From contig DAINPP010000009.1 of the NCBI GenBank assembly GCA_036743375.1, forward strand, positions 1,030 through 65,029: a DNA stretch of 64,000 bases, given 5' to 3'. The position numbers were made by a program, and so were the translations under genes. The notes below the pieces were generated by a model. That model searched no databases. It was given only the letters and a program-made list of their open reading frames with translations, and was not told where the DNA came from. How positions within the stretch are numbered: the stretch's first letter is position 1; every line of letters starts with the position of its first letter. This document shows, piece by piece, positions 26,388 to 36,129 of the stretch. The stretch comes from Thermotogota bacterium (GTDB taxonomy: Bacteria; Thermotogota; Thermotogae; MWEM01).

Positions 26388-27395
26388 TCAGGTCTCCCTT
26401 TCTATGAGTGAGACATCCAGCATCAGTTTTTTAGTTCTCTTTCGCGTTCCGTTTATTTTCTGGATGAGAATCTTCACCGCCTCGTTACCGGCCTTTTCCT
26501 TATCGATATTAATAGTCGTGAGATGTGGTGAAAAAATGGTCGTAAATTCGATATTGTCATAACCGATGACAGAAACATCTTCGGGGACACGGATTCCTTT
26601 TTCTGAAAGGGCATTGATAACGGCAAAGGCTCTCATATCGTTGAAGCAGAAGACCCCATCATATTTGACCCCACTCTCATATTCCCTTTTAACAAAGCTG
26701 ATCGTATTCTCATAATCCGTTTCAATATCGTTGATGATACGATATTCCGATTTTATATCGCTTTTTTCAAGATAATCGGAAAAACCGGTTTGTCTCATCC
26801 TTGCAGCTGAGTGATCTGAACAGGAATTAATCATCAGCAGTCGCCTTCTTCCTTTTTTCAGGAGATGTTCCGCTGCGAGATATCCCCCTTTGACATCATC
26901 AGTATAAACTTCATCGACGTTGATATCATCATAGTCTCTTCCGATGATGACCACCGGAAATTTGTCCTCGATAAACGGTTTGATATATTCAATCTCGGAA
27001 CTGCTTGGAACAATAATAACCCCATCCACACGGTGTTCCATCAAAGTATTCATGGCCGTCTTGGATTCCTCATTTCTCAATTCGGTATTCATCAGCAGCA
27101 TTCTGTAATCGTGTTTCGAAATTCCCTTTTCGATCCCCTGAAGGATTTCGGAAAAAAAGGGATCAAATTCGGCTTCAAAGATGACACCAACCGTAAGACT
27201 TTTATTGCTGCGCATCATCGTTGCCGTGACATTTCTGACATAGCCCAGTTCTTTTGCAGTTTCAAGTATCTTTTTTTTCGTCTCCTCTGAAATATCCGGC
27301 TTGTCGTTCAGTGCCCTGGAAATAGTCGAAACGGACATACCCAATTCTTTTGCCAGAGTCTTTATGGTCACATAATTCTTTTTCAAATCAATCAC
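26388..27395 (-). CDS. LacI family transcriptional regulator
   Basis: VTIKTLAKELGMSVSTISRALND HTH; VPEDVSVIGYDN. Confidence 0.95.
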   Translation of the reverse strand: MIDLKKNYVTIKTLAKELGMSVSTISRALNDKPDISEETKKKILETAKELGYVRNVTATMMRSNKSLTVGVIFEAEFDPFFSEILQGIEKGISKHDYRMLLMNTELRNEESKTAMNTLMEHRVDGVIIVPSSSEIEYIKPFIEDKFPVVIIGRDYDDINVDEVYTDDVKGGYLAAEHLLKKGRRRLLMINSCSDHSAARMRQTGFSDYLEKSDIKSEYRIINDIETDYENTISFVKREYESGVKYDGVFCFNDMRAFAVINALSEKGIRVPEDVSVIGYDNIEFTTIFSPHLTTINIDKEKAGNEAVKILIQKINGTRKRTKKLMLDVSLIERET

Positions 27396-27546
27396 TCCCG
27401 AAACTAAGAGGCTATAACACCTTTATATTCTATCAGATAACACTATTTTTTCTGAATTCTTACGCAATTCGAAGGTATTCCCCCGAAACCTCACATATTT
27501 CTCCAAAATCGTTTCTCATCAGATTTCGTATTTAAAAAAAAGATGC

Positions 27547-27595
27547 TATAATATCACCGGTAACGTTTTCGGTAACGTATCCGGTAACGTTTACA
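27547..27595 (+). promoter_or_regulatory. Extended -10 (TGcTATAAT) followed by three tandem LacI-like operators
   Basis: CGGTAACGT at 27558, 27570 and 27582 (12-bp period), right after TATAAT 27547-27552. Confidence 0.75.
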
Positions 27596-27661
27596 TTATA
27601 TCAGATAATAAAAATAGTCCAAAATCGTCCATCAGGATGATAAAAACTGAGGAGGTACTGT

Positions 27662-28909
27662 ATGTCAAAAAAGATCGTTGTTCTGTTACTGGTGGCACTC
27701 TTTACCCTTTCCGGGGTCCTTATGGCTTCAACAACTCTGATTCTCTGGGATCAGAATCAATCCACTGAAAAGATCGTTAAGATGTTCAATGAAAAGATGG
27801 AAAACGAGGGAAAGGATATCCGAGTTAAACTTGAGATAATCCCTTATGATCAGATGGTTCCAAAGTTTATGGCCTCACTTTCTACGGGAAGGGCACCTGA
27901 CCTGTACGGACTGGATATAGTACAATTCCCGTATTTCATATCCATTGGTGCCTTTACAGACATAACAAACTGGGCAAAATCACAGCCGTATTTTGATGAA
28001 CTGCCGCAGGGAATGATGAAGGTTGGAATGAAAGGGGAAACTATTTACGCGTTGCCTTATCAAATTGATATGTCAACCCTTCTCTGGAACAAAGATATGT
28101 TCAAAGAAGCAGGATTGGATCCCGAACAACCTCCAAAGACATGGTATGAACTTGTTGAGATCGGGAAACAACTCACGATCGACAACGACGGTGACGGCAT
28201 CATCGACCAGTGGGGATTCAACCTGGCCGGGGGTGGAGCCGGGGCCTACATGTTCTGGTTTATGCCGTTCGTGTGGGGAAATGGTGGAAGTATGTTTGAT
28301 GACGACGGAAACGTCACACTCGATTCTTACGAGACAGTTGAAGCCCTTCAATTCTGGAGCGATCTCATCCACAAATACAAGATTGCACCACTTTCATCCG
28401 TTCAGTATGGCTCAGGTGACAGATACAATGCCTTTGTATCCGGAAAGCTCGCCATGTATCTCGGTGGAAATTTCAACATCACATCACTCAGAAAAGATGC
28501 CCCTAACATGGACTTTGGTGTGACACCTATCCCGAAAAACAGGGGAGGATTCGCCACATTTGGCGGAGGAAGCCTTCTCGGCATCACTTCACAATGTAAA
28601 AATGTGGAAGCGGCTCAGGAATTTATGGCGTTCATCTATTCTGATGAGGCACAGATTGAAGCGTATGCCCCAAATCTTCAATTACTCGCCAGACCGAGTC
28701 TTTACGATAACAAATATTACAATGAGATCCCTCAGATGGCAGCATTTGCCGATATTCTCGGCTATGCACTCACCCCGTATTCAACAAATTACAATGAAAT
28801 ATATGATCCGGTTCAGTATTACTTCGAAAGCGTTTTCCTCGGCAAAATGAACGCGGAGGAAGCCGTTAAAAAGTGTACTGAAGAGATAAAACAGATCATG
28901 AACAAATAA
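27662..28909 (+). CDS. Sugar ABC transporter solute-binding protein
   Basis: Signal peptide; TGRAPDL, IYALP, LLWNKDMFKEAGLDP, PKTWYEL, FVSGKLAM. Confidence 0.93.
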   Translation: MSKKIVVLLLVALFTLSGVLMASTTLILWDQNQSTEKIVKMFNEKMENEGKDIRVKLEIIPYDQMVPKFMASLSTGRAPDLYGLDIVQFPYFISIGAFTDITNWAKSQPYFDELPQGMMKVGMKGETIYALPYQIDMSTLLWNKDMFKEAGLDPEQPPKTWYELVEIGKQLTIDNDGDGIIDQWGFNLAGGGAGAYMFWFMPFVWGNGGSMFDDDGNVTLDSYETVEALQFWSDLIHKYKIAPLSSVQYGSGDRYNAFVSGKLAMYLGGNFNITSLRKDAPNMDFGVTPIPKNRGGFATFGGGSLLGITSQCKNVEAAQEFMAFIYSDEAQIEAYAPNLQLLARPSLYDNKYYNEIPQMAAFADILGYALTPYSTNYNEIYDPVQYYFESVFLGKMNAEEAVKKCTEEIKQIMNK

Positions 28910-28923
28910 CATAAATCCCTTTT

Positions 28924-28951
28924 GATGGCCCTGAAAGGGCCATCTCTTTTT
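28924..28951 (+). terminator. Intercistronic hairpin after the SBP gene
   Basis: GATGGCCCT-GAA-AGGGCCATC followed by TCTTTTT. Confidence 0.7.
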
Positions 28952-28971
28952 ATGATCAGGAGGCTCAGTTT

Positions 28972-29847
28972 ATGACTCTAAGACAGAAAAAAAACTTTTC
29001 AGGCCTGCTCTTTTTGCTGCCTGTCATGATAATGGTCGGTATCTTCTTTATTTATCCACTGATTAGAGTACTGATAACCTCATTCCAGGAATGGAATGTG
29101 ATGGGCGGGTCTAAATTCATCGGGTTTGAAAATTATACCGCGGCACTGACGGATGATGAATTCTGGTTGACACTTGGGAATACCATCATCTACGCGTTGA
29201 TAGTCACGCCGATGATCTTCGTCCCCGCCCTTTTACTCGCCGTTGTCTTAAAAAAGACATCACGTTCGAGTAAATTCTTCAGAACGATATTCTTTTTACC
29301 GTTTGCCATATCGTTTGTGGCATCGAGCTATATGTGGAAATGGATTTACAACGATACCTACGGAATACTGAATTATATGCTCACATCATTACACCTGATC
29401 AGCCAACCCATCAACTGGCTCGGTGAAACGTGGCTGTCTAGAATCATGGTTTCCATCATGGTTTCCTGGAAGACATTGGGCTTTTCGATGATCATCATTC
29501 TCGCCGGATTACAGGGAATTCCCAATGAGGTGTATGAAGCGGCATCCATCGACGGGGCAAAAAAGTCTCAGACGCTCAGGTTTATCACCCTGCCACTGTT
29601 GAGACCGACACTGATACTCGCCTTAATCCTATCGGTCGCCGGATCATTCAAAGCCTTTGACCATTTTTTCATCATGACCAAGGGAGGCCCTTTAAAAACT
29701 ACGGAAACAATCGTTATGTATATCAATAAAGTGGCATTTGAATATTACAACATCGGACTCGGTTCGGCAATATCCGTTTTGTTCCTGATCATCTTACTGA
29801 TCGTCAGCTTCTTCCAGTTAAAGGCAGGTGGCTTCAGCAATGAGTAA
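28972..29847 (+). CDS. Carbohydrate ABC transporter permease
   Basis: EAA motif EVYEAASIDGA, 6 TM segments. Confidence 0.93.
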   Translation: MTLRQKKNFSGLLFLLPVMIMVGIFFIYPLIRVLITSFQEWNVMGGSKFIGFENYTAALTDDEFWLTLGNTIIYALIVTPMIFVPALLLAVVLKKTSRSSKFFRTIFFLPFAISFVASSYMWKWIYNDTYGILNYMLTSLHLISQPINWLGETWLSRIMVSIMVSWKTLGFSMIIILAGLQGIPNEVYEAASIDGAKKSQTLRFITLPLLRPTLILALILSVAGSFKAFDHFFIMTKGGPLKTTETIVMYINKVAFEYYNIGLGSAISVLFLIILLIVSFFQLKAGGFSNE

Positions 29848-30661
29848 AAAGACCTTTATCCTTTTATTGATCCTCTCACTATTCTTTATGATCGCCATAT
29901 ACTGGACGGTTCTGACTTCATTCAAACCACCCGAAGAAGTTCTGAGTTATCCGCCGGGATTTATCACGGCAAATCCCACACTCGAACAGTACAACAAGCT
30001 GTTCACAACGGCCGATTCAATATTTCTCAGATATGCGGGAAACACCTTTATTCTCTGTGGTCTCTCGATCGCCATCGTTATGATTCTAAGTATCCTGGGT
30101 GGTTATTCACTGAGTAAGCTGCCGTTTAAAGGGTGTAATGTCATATTTCTGCTCGTGTTGTCGATCATGATGGTTCCCTATCAATCGTTGCTGATACCGC
30201 TTTATGACCTGATGAACAAGTTGAATCTCCTGGATACGTTATTCGGACTCTCTCTGATATACGCCACATACTTTATGCCGTTCTGTCTGTTCATGATGAA
30301 AAATTATTTTTCATCCCTGCCAGCAACGTTGAGGGAAAGTGCCCTCATCGATGGGGCATCAGAACTGAAGATACTGTTTAAAGTTCATCTTCCACTCGCC
30401 ATGCCGGCTGTCGCAACGATCATCGTTTACGTCTTCCTGGCCACGTGGAACGATTTTATCCTTTCACTCATCTTCACCAGTTCCAGTGAAGTCAGAAATG
30501 TACAGGTGGGGATCATGAACTTTGCCACATCAAGGTTCACACAGGATTGGGGTTTAATCAACGCCGGGGCTACATTCAGTATCATACCGAGCATCATCGT
30601 CTTCCTTGTACTTCAGAAATACTACGTTCAGGGAATGACATCAGGTTCAACAAAAGGATAA
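29840..30661 (+). CDS. Carbohydrate ABC transporter permease
   Basis: LRESALIDGA motif; ATG 29840 overlaps the previous stop. Confidence 0.92.
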   Translation: MSKKTFILLLILSLFFMIAIYWTVLTSFKPPEEVLSYPPGFITANPTLEQYNKLFTTADSIFLRYAGNTFILCGLSIAIVMILSILGGYSLSKLPFKGCNVIFLLVLSIMMVPYQSLLIPLYDLMNKLNLLDTLFGLSLIYATYFMPFCLFMMKNYFSSLPATLRESALIDGASELKILFKVHLPLAMPAVATIIVYVFLATWNDFILSLIFTSSSEVRNVQVGIMNFATSRFTQDWGLINAGATFSIIPSIIVFLVLQKYYVQGMTSGSTKG

Positions 30662-30667
30662 CGGGGG

Positions 30668-32629
30668 ATGAAAATGGACAAAATAAATAAGATGATCAGA
30701 GAATCAAAATACAGCGAGTTGAATCTCGGTGAAGTCAGACCGTCCGGTTGGTTGAAAGATCAACTTGAGATTCAGGCAGAAGGATTAACGGGCAAGCTGG
30801 AATCAATCTGGAAAGATGTGGGGCCCGACAGTGGCTGGCTCGGCGGAAAAGGGGAGAGCTGGGAAAGAGGCCCTTATTACTGCGACGGACTCATCCCGCT
30901 CGCCTATCTGCTTAATGATAAAAAACTGATTGGAAAGGCTGAAAAATGGGTAGAATGGACGTTAAACAGTCAGAAGGAGGACGGTTCCTTCGGTCCCGTC
31001 ACGAATCAAGACTGGTGGTCAAGGATGGTCATGCTCAAGGTGCTGAAAAATTATTATGAATACACGAAAGATGACCGAATCATCACATTCCTTCTCAAGT
31101 ATTTTAAACTTCAGGAAAGGGAAATTGAAAAACATCAATTCACCCTCTGGGAGGATTCCAGAGCCACGGAAAACATCTATGTGCTGTACTGGCTTTATGA
31201 AATAACAGGGGAAGAATTTCTCATTTCACTCGTTGAAAAATTCTTCTTGAAGACGAAGGACTGGTCAGCTTACCTGACCCATTTTAAGTACAGTGCCAGT
31301 GCACAGGAGTATATGGATTGGGAGATATTTACCGCAATAACGAAGGAAAAAGGACTCGAAGAACTCTACAGGTATGAAAGAGAGCATGCCACCCGTGAAT
31401 GGTCAACGCGCTTCGAAGAGACACATATCGTCAATGTTGTGATGGCACTCAAGTATCCCGCCTTGAAATATTTGCTGACAGGGAATGAAGAACAGCTCAA
31501 AATCGTTAACGAGGGGATAAAAAAACTCGAGAGGTATCATGGAACAGTCAACGGCATGATAAACGGAGATGAACATCTCTCCGGAAACAGTCCTTCAAAC
31601 GGGACGGAACTCTGTGCCGTGGTGGAGTACATGTTTTCGCTCGAAATTCTCTTCAGAATCTTTGGAGAAACCGGACATGCCGATTTACTCGAAAAACTGG
31701 CGTACAACGCCTTGCCCGGAACACTCGATCCTGAGATCATGTCACATCAGTACGATCAGCAGGTCAATCAAATCAGCTGCTCGATAGCGAGAAGACAGTG
31801 GTACAACAACCTGGATGATTCCAATATCTTCGGACTGGAGCCCAATTTTGGATGCTGTACGGCGAACATGCATCAGGGATGGCCGAAATTCGTGAAAAAT
31901 CTGTGTTATAAAACAGAAGAAGGTTTATTCTTTGGCATCTATGGTCCTTGTGAGGTCGATACGACGATAAAGGGAAACGAAATAAAGATAAGGGAAATCA
32001 CAGAATACCCATTTAAAAATCAGATCATCTTTGAATTTGAGAAAGCGGAAGCTGTAAGATTCCCCATTCAATTCAGGATTCCTTCATGGGCCGACAGCTG
32101 CCGTTATTCCATCAATAATGAACCGGTTTCAACCGTGAGTGATGAAAAGATCCTGGTACTCGACGGCGCCTGGAAAACGGGGGATATTATACAGATCGAA
32201 TTCATCACCAAAGTCCGGCTCTCCACATGGATGAACAATTCAATCGGTGTAGAATACGGATCACTCGTTTTCAGTCTGAAACTTGAGGAGCAATGGAACA
32301 ATATCAGCGGGAGTGAGGCCTATCCTGTATATGAGATTTATACAACTCAAAGATGGAATTATGCACTTCAGCTCGATAAAGAAGCAGATTCAGAACAATT
32401 TGAAATTGAACGCAAACCGATAGAAAATCAACCTTTTACCGTATGCAGTGCACCTGTAACACTAAGATGCAAAGGGGCCATCCTCCACGCCTGGGGTGTT
32501 GATAGAAATTCTGCGGATAATCCACCCCTCAGTCCGGTACGGATAAACAGTGCCGCTGAGGAAATTGAGCTCATTCCCTACGGATGCGCCCGGCTTAGGA
32601 TTTCTCAATTCCCTTATTTTGAAAAATAG
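30668..32629 (+). CDS. Beta-L-arabinofuranosidase-like glycoside hydrolase (GH127/GH146, DUF1680)
   Basis: GWLKDQL, WERGPYY.DG, HIVN, GTELCAVVE (E-x-C), LEKLAYNALP, FGCCTAN (CC): the Zn/Cys signature of the family. Confidence 0.88.
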   Translation: MKMDKINKMIRESKYSELNLGEVRPSGWLKDQLEIQAEGLTGKLESIWKDVGPDSGWLGGKGESWERGPYYCDGLIPLAYLLNDKKLIGKAEKWVEWTLNSQKEDGSFGPVTNQDWWSRMVMLKVLKNYYEYTKDDRIITFLLKYFKLQEREIEKHQFTLWEDSRATENIYVLYWLYEITGEEFLISLVEKFFLKTKDWSAYLTHFKYSASAQEYMDWEIFTAITKEKGLEELYRYEREHATREWSTRFEETHIVNVVMALKYPALKYLLTGNEEQLKIVNEGIKKLERYHGTVNGMINGDEHLSGNSPSNGTELCAVVEYMFSLEILFRIFGETGHADLLEKLAYNALPGTLDPEIMSHQYDQQVNQISCSIARRQWYNNLDDSNIFGLEPNFGCCTANMHQGWPKFVKNLCYKTEEGLFFGIYGPCEVDTTIKGNEIKIREITEYPFKNQIIFEFEKAEAVRFPIQFRIPSWADSCRYSINNEPVSTVSDEKILVLDGAWKTGDIIQIEFITKVRLSTWMNNSIGVEYGSLVFSLKLEEQWNNISGSEAYPVYEIYTTQRWNYALQLDKEADSEQFEIERKPIENQPFTVCSAPVTLRCKGAILHAWGVDRNSADNPPLSPVRINSAAEEIELIPYGCARLRISQFPYFEK

Positions 32630-32645
32630 ATTTATAAAGCCACAG

Positions 32646-32670
32646 GGGCGATTTATAAATCGCCCTTTTT
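32646..32670 (+). terminator. Intrinsic terminator
   Basis: Perfect palindrome GGGCGATTTATAAATCGCCC followed by TTTTT. Confidence 0.8.
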
Positions 32671-32954
32671 CAAGATTATCTTTATTTCCCCATTGATCAA
32701 TCTGTTTCTTAAGTTTTATACGACTAATCCTTGATTTACCTGAAAATCATATAAACGGCTCAATGTACATCCTACATGTTTTTTTCTTTTTGTCTCCCAT
32801 TTCTATCGTTTTCCCTGAGTGAAAGGGATTTTTATCTCCACAATCTGTCGGATGTGTCAAGGAGTTTTTCACCGATGAAAAGTGCTTCTTTCCATAGTAT
32901 AGGTATCGATACAATTATTTCAAACTAAGCAATAAAAACCTGTAGACGTATTCC

Positions 32955-32988
32955 GAAAGGGAGTCACGTTTCCCGTGACTCCTTTTTT
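32955..32988 (-). terminator. Intrinsic terminator after the phosphotransferase gene
   Basis: GGAGTCACG-tttcc-CGTGACTCC stem with flanking tracts. Confidence 0.7.
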
Positions 32989-33992
32989 CATTTCAAGTTA
33001 GCAAGATATTCTTTTATAATTTCGGTACATCTCGTTACATACTCTTTGTCAGCATCATCGATATAAAGACAATAATTCAGAAAATTAACCCTTCTGGCAA
33101 TCATTAACATCTCAAGCACATCATCATCAAAAGTCATTTCCGGATAGATCTCGTTATACCCTTTGATAACAGCGGCTTTCACTTCATCAAAATTAAAATT
33201 TTTATCGTTTCTGTAATAAAAAAAGGTGATCGCCAGGTCATGCACTGGAAATCCGTACATGGCTTCTTCAAAGTCCAGTACTCGAAGTCCATCTTTATGG
33301 ATTTTTACATTCCAAGGGTTCAGATCAGCATGTATAAGTTGAGGCTCTTGTCCATTATACAGATTGCTGAGTCTTTCATTCAGGATAGGAATGATTGTAT
33401 CCATTATTTCAACGGTATCTTCTGCAAGAAGATCCTGATAGTGCTCTTCATGATACACGGCTTCTTCATCCGGATAATAGAAGACCTTGTCCCATCTTTT
33501 CGGATTGATATCCTCCGGCATTTTTATTGCCGCTGTTTTTGAGTGAAGGGTCGCAGTTAATCTGCCAAGTTCCTGAAAAACCTCGGGTGTTTCTTTACCA
33601 TCTATATCCTCACCTTCCATCCAGGAATAAACGGTAACTCTCTTGGGCTTTTCAGTTAATTCTGATCTGACTATAGTGACCCCTTCTCCCGCCTTATTCA
33701 TTAGCACATATGGAGTCTCTATGTCTTTCAGATGACTGAGAAAAAAGACCTCAGCACGATTATCATTAATATCACTTGACTCTTCCTGAAAAATCTTAAG
33801 GGCGAATTTCTCGTCATCAGATGTCCTTATTTTGAAATGTACATTTGTTTCTTCAGCAAGGAACTCAAGTTCATTTACTTTAATATCATATTCTGCCAAG
33901 GCTTTTTCGGCTACTTTTTTCAGCATCTCCATTCGTTCCACCACATCACCTCTCTTTTCAATTATCCAATTATAACATTTATAAACTAACAT
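32988..33992 (-). CDS. APH/choline-kinase-like phosphotransferase (homoserine kinase type II-like)
   Basis: FALKIF, LIHADLNPWNV (Brenner motif), VLDFEE. The true start is probably near 33932-33944. Confidence 0.85.
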   Translation of the reverse strand: MLVYKCYNWIIEKRGDVVERMEMLKKVAEKALAEYDIKVNELEFLAEETNVHFKIRTSDDEKFALKIFQEESSDINDNRAEVFFLSHLKDIETPYVLMNKAGEGVTIVRSELTEKPKRVTVYSWMEGEDIDGKETPEVFQELGRLTATLHSKTAAIKMPEDINPKRWDKVFYYPDEEAVYHEEHYQDLLAEDTVEIMDTIIPILNERLSNLYNGQEPQLIHADLNPWNVKIHKDGLRVLDFEEAMYGFPVHDLAITFFYYRNDKNFNFDEVKAAVIKGYNEIYPEMTFDDDVLEMLMIARRVNFLNYCLYIDDADKEYVTRCTEIIKEYLANLK

Positions 33993-34114
33993 ACAAAAAC
34001 AACAGTAACTATAAATACAGGAGGTTATATTCGGAGTGAAGGAGGGAATAAACGATGCTCTTGTTATTTCTACAGAAATTTCAGACGAAGTTGCCTAACG
34101 GCAAATCAATCTGA

Positions 34115-35116
34115 TTATTTACCTATGTTGATATCCTTAACCGATTCTCTTTCTATGATATGTGTATTCAGCATGATCTTTCTTTTCACCTTGCTCTTTT
34201 CTCTCCCCTCGATCCGATTCACGAGCAACTGTCCAGCGCTGAACCCCATATCAAATCTCGGTTGATGAATGGTTGTCAGTGAAGGGACAAGGTACTTACT
34301 GAGCGGTGCGTTGTCAAAACCCATTACGGAAACATCGTCTGGAATTCTGAATCCACATTCATGTATGGCGCGATAGCCTCCGCAAGCCATCCAGTCATTG
34401 AGAAAAAAGACCGCAGTAAAATCAACGCCTTTTCGAACAGCTTCTTTAACGGCTGCATAACCATTTTCAGGTTCAAAGGCTCCCGGCTCAAAGTGAACGG
34501 AGAAATCGGGATGATCTTTCATAAAATTCTCAAAGGCCCTTTTTCTCAGAACGGATGAATAAACGGTATTATCCCCCTCTGAAAAAAGAACCTTCCTGTG
34601 TCCCTTGTTATAAAGGTAATTTGCGGCCATCATGCCCGAACTGTAATTATCGATTGTGATGGAATCAATTCGTATCTCGCTGTCTTTTCGATCTACTCCC
34701 ACAACCGGAACAGATGAATTCAAGAGATACTTGATCTCTTCATCATCCTCTTTTGAAGAACAGACAACGATTCCATCCGCCTTTCTCTGATAGAGTTCGG
34801 AGATGATGTCGATCTCCTTTGAGAGTTTCTGTTTGGTCGTTGCCAGAAAAAATTCATAATTATTCTTGAGCAGCGCATCTTCTACTCCCATCGTCAATTC
34901 CGGATAATGATATCCCCTTAAATTAGGTACTATAATCCCCACAAGCTTTTTTATCCGCTTGTCTACCATCGAGGATCTATGATAATCATACTCATTGAGG
35001 GCTCTTAATACCTTTTTCTTCATATCCGGAGACACGTTTGAACTGCCATTCAAAACTCTTGAAAAAGTTGCTATTGAAATTCCTGTTTTTTTAGATATAT
35101 CCCTCAACGTTGGCAT
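34115..35116 (-). CDS. LacI family transcriptional regulator
   Basis: MPTLRDISKKTGISIATFSRVLN HTH; IPDDVSVMGFDN; last gene of the Opp-type operon. Confidence 0.93.
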   Translation of the reverse strand: MPTLRDISKKTGISIATFSRVLNGSSNVSPDMKKKVLRALNEYDYHRSSMVDKRIKKLVGIIVPNLRGYHYPELTMGVEDALLKNNYEFFLATTKQKLSKEIDIISELYQRKADGIVVCSSKEDDEEIKYLLNSSVPVVGVDRKDSEIRIDSITIDNYSSGMMAANYLYNKGHRKVLFSEGDNTVYSSVLRKRAFENFMKDHPDFSVHFEPGAFEPENGYAAVKEAVRKGVDFTAVFFLNDWMACGGYRAIHECGFRIPDDVSVMGFDNAPLSKYLVPSLTTIHQPRFDMGFSAGQLLVNRIEGREKSKVKRKIMLNTHIIERESVKDINIGK

Positions 35117-35155
35117 CCAATCACCTTCTGAACACAATTTTCTGTTATTTTAAAC

Positions 35156-35184
35156 AACCGGCATTTCGCAACGAAAGGCCGGTT
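35156..35184 (-). terminator. Hairpin between the ATPase and LacI genes
   Basis: AACCGGC-a-TTTCG-caa-CGAAA-g-GCCGGTT. Confidence 0.5.
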
Positions 35185-35202
35185 TTATACTAATTCTCAA
35201 GA

Positions 35203-36129
35203 TTATTCGCTAAACAAAACTGTATGTTGCGGTTCTACTTCCACAAAACCCTTTCCCGGATTCTGCTGATAAAAATCCCTGACATCATAGGCCACCTGTT
35301 CCGGGAGAAATTCCTCTTCCTGACTCCACCTCGTTCCAATTTCCGGAATGGATTCAAAGAGCATCTTCGTATACGGATGTACCGGTTTTTCATAAATCTT
35401 CTTGGTATCTCCTCTTTCGACAAGCCTTCCCTTATACATGATCAGGGTTGTATCGCTGATATAATAGCCAAGATTCAGATCATGTGTGATAAAGATGACC
35501 GTCATCCCATTCTTCTTACAGAGTTCGACGAGCAGATTGAGGACACCGATTCGTGTGGAGGCATCAAGCATACTGATCAGTTCATCTGCTACCAGAATAT
35601 CGACATCGAGCAGAAGTGCACGCGCGATTAACAGCCTCTGAAGCTGTCCACCACTGAGCTGATGTGGAAATTTCCCGAGTATTCTGTCTGGGTTCAGATT
35701 AACGTTGACAAGCGCCTCTTCTATCTTTTCTCTTCTGTTCTTTTCCTCTTTTCTGAAGGATTTAAAGAGCATATCAAACACCCGATCAACCCTGAAAAGG
35801 GGGTTGAAGGAAGAAAACGGATCCTGGAATATCGCCTGTACTCTTCGGTAATAGTCCTTTTTCTCGTTCTTCTTTTCTATCTGTGTGATATCTTTTCCCC
35901 TGTAAAGGATAGTTCCCGAAGTTGGCTTCAGCAATTTCAAAATCATACGGCCAACAGTCGTCTTTCCGCTACCACTCTCTCCAATGAGAGAAATGACCTG
36001 CCCCTTCACGAGGTTGAAAGAGACATCCTTAACCGCAACGGTCTTCTCTTTTGAGATAAATCCCGTACTGAATTCCTTGGTGAGGTTTTCCACTTTCATG
36101 ATGATGTTATTGTTGTCCACAACGATCAC
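35203..36129 (-). CDS. Opp/Dpp-family ABC ATPase (OppF-like)
   Basis: GESGSGKT, QDPFSSFNP, FPHQLSGGQLQR, HPYT. Confidence 0.95.
   Translation of the reverse strand: MIVVDNNNIIMKVENLTKEFSTGFISKEKTVAVKDVSFNLVKGQVISLIGESGSGKTTVGRMILKLLKPTSGTILYRGKDITQIEKKNEKKDYYRRVQAIFQDPFSSFNPLFRVDRVFDMLFKSFRKEEKNRREKIEEALVNVNLNPDRILGKFPHQLSGGQLQRLLIARALLLDVDILVADELISMLDASTRIGVLNLLVELCKKNGMTVIFITHDLNLGYYISDTTLIMYKGRLVERGDTKKIYEKPVHPYTKMLFESIPEIGTRWSQEEEFLPEQVAYDVRDFYQQNPGKGFVEVEPQHTVLFSE

Noticed and set aside
26163-26411. Protein-like plus-strand frame with two in-frame stops (possible pseudogene)
   Set aside because: No recognisable family, no convincing SD/start, and it runs into the LacI 3' end; not supportable without a homology search.
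32671-32954. Possible decayed ORF on the minus strand in the gap
   Set aside because: All frames are interrupted by several stops and no motif is recognisable.
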